From an uncultured Planctomycetia bacterium (GTDB lineage: Bacteria; Omnitrophota; Gorgyraeia; Pluralincolimonadales; Pluralincolimonadaceae): a stretch of DNA of 64,000 nucleotides. Within the stretch, counting starts at the first letter, position 1. Each line of letters starts with the position of its first letter. The position numbers and the translations under genes were made by a program. Below are positions 63,552 through 64,000 of the stretch, piece after piece. The notes under the pieces are model-generated. The model saw only the letters and a list, made by a program, of their open reading frames with translations, did no database searches and was not told the DNA's origin. The stretch is from contig CAZYUB010000003.1 of NCBI GenBank assembly GCA_964650515.1, forward strand, positions 68,096 to 132,095, read 5' to 3'.

Positions 63552-64000
63552 TTAGTACATCCCCTCGCCGTAGCCGCCATGCGGGGGCATCGGAGGTGTC
63601 TTTTCTTTTTCGGGTATGTCGGTGACGAGGCACTCGGTCGTCAGCAGGAGCCCGGCTATCGATGAGGCATTCTGGAGCGCGGTCCTTGTGACCTTCGTCG
63701 GGTCGATGACGCCGGAATCTATCATGTCGACGTAATCGGCCTGGAGCACATCGTAACCTATGTTCGTCTTTTCCTTCTTTACGTTCTCGACGACTACCGA
63801 ACCCTCGAGGCCGGCGTTGAAGGCGATCTGCCTTAACGGTTCCTCAAGAGCCCTCTTGACTATATCGACGCCTATCTGCTCGTCGCCGGAGAGTTTCATC
63901 TTCTCGAGCGCCGATACGCACCTGAGCAGCGCGACACCGCCGCCGGGGACTATGCCTTCTTCGACGGCAGCCCTCGTAGCGTGGAGCGCGTCCTCGACGC
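63552..64000 (-). CDS. groL: chaperonin GroEL, 3' portion only (5' end beyond the window)
   Basis: Open reading frame running to the window end. C-terminal '[11 protein letters not shown]' (GGM-type tail) and '[13 protein letters not shown]' are GroEL C-terminal features. Confidence 0.9.
   Translation of the reverse strand, partial: VEDALHATRAAVEEGIVPGGGVALLRCVSALEKMKLSGDEQIGVDIVKRALEEPLRQIAFNAGLEGSVVVENVKKEKTNIGYDVLQADYVDMIDSGVIDPTKVTRTALQNASSIAGLLLTTECLVTDIPEKEKTPPMPPHGGYGEGMY

Noticed and set aside
1-64000. CRISPR arrays, rRNA genes, integrases/transposases, prophage structural genes, toxin-antitoxin pairs
   Set aside because: I looked for regularly spaced direct repeats, rRNA-like conserved stretches, and DDE/tyrosine-recombinase motifs and found none. 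The only tRNA is tRNA-Arg(CCT) at 40265-40341, with no integrase next to it.

Overview
This 64 kb window is a GC-rich (roughly 55-58% GC by eye) bacterial chromosomal segment with no rRNA, CRISPR array, IS element or prophage genes that I can see. Gene calls rest on the supplied ORF translations and my recognition of conserved motifs; no database search was possible.

The left ~14 kb is transcribed on the + strand:
- the 3' end of a gene with a GspE-N/MshEN-like domain;
- a methionine operon metY-metX-metW behind a sigma70-like promoter and a structured ~135-nt leader;
- several secreted/membrane proteins, including a divergent PEP-CTERM-like protein and an outer-membrane beta-barrel;
- a redox cluster (YkgJ-like Cys-cluster protein, nitroreductase, glutaredoxin, thioredoxin-reductase-like);
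- an alpha/beta hydrolase, then glpK-glpD;
- a 1.25 kb strongly AT-rich island holding one orphan membrane-protein gene;
- a clear PEP-CTERM protein and a cupin.

At ~14.35-14.70 kb gene orientation flips, with a convergent intergenic region that contains a dif-like XerC/D site.

From 14.7 kb to the window end every gene (about 45) is on the - strand:
- inositol monophosphatase, a STAS anti-sigma antagonist and a PilZ protein;
- a GH57 alpha-glucan enzyme co-operonic with a lipid-linked glycosylation trio (GT2, LAB_N membrane protein, GT39/GT83 ArnT-like);
- a porin-like outer-membrane beta-barrel;
- a large LacI-controlled glycan-utilisation locus: two tandem LacI genes, two tandem paralogous secreted internally-repeated proteins of unknown family, discoidin-domain proteins, a PDZ protein, a GH94-like phosphorylase, a GH35 beta-galactosidase and two large secreted GH-like proteins;
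- a housekeeping block: PHP phosphoesterase, tRNA-Arg(CCT), apt, a sigma70-family factor, ppdK, glyS-glyQ, recO, DUF502, a dgkA-PAP2 fusion, ybeY, a 7TM-HDIG receptor, phoH, a LysM lipoprotein, aspS, hisS, HU, dnaE, guaA, a CBS-less IMPDH-family gene and groES-groEL (groEL is cut by the window edge).

The observations I would follow up first are:
- the terminus-like strand switch with its dif-like site;
- the AT-rich orphan island;
- the novel tandem secreted paralogs in the glycan locus;
- a short GGGACGTGT-core repeat family present both between trxB and the hydrolase gene and in-frame inside glpK;
- the candidate metY leader RNA.
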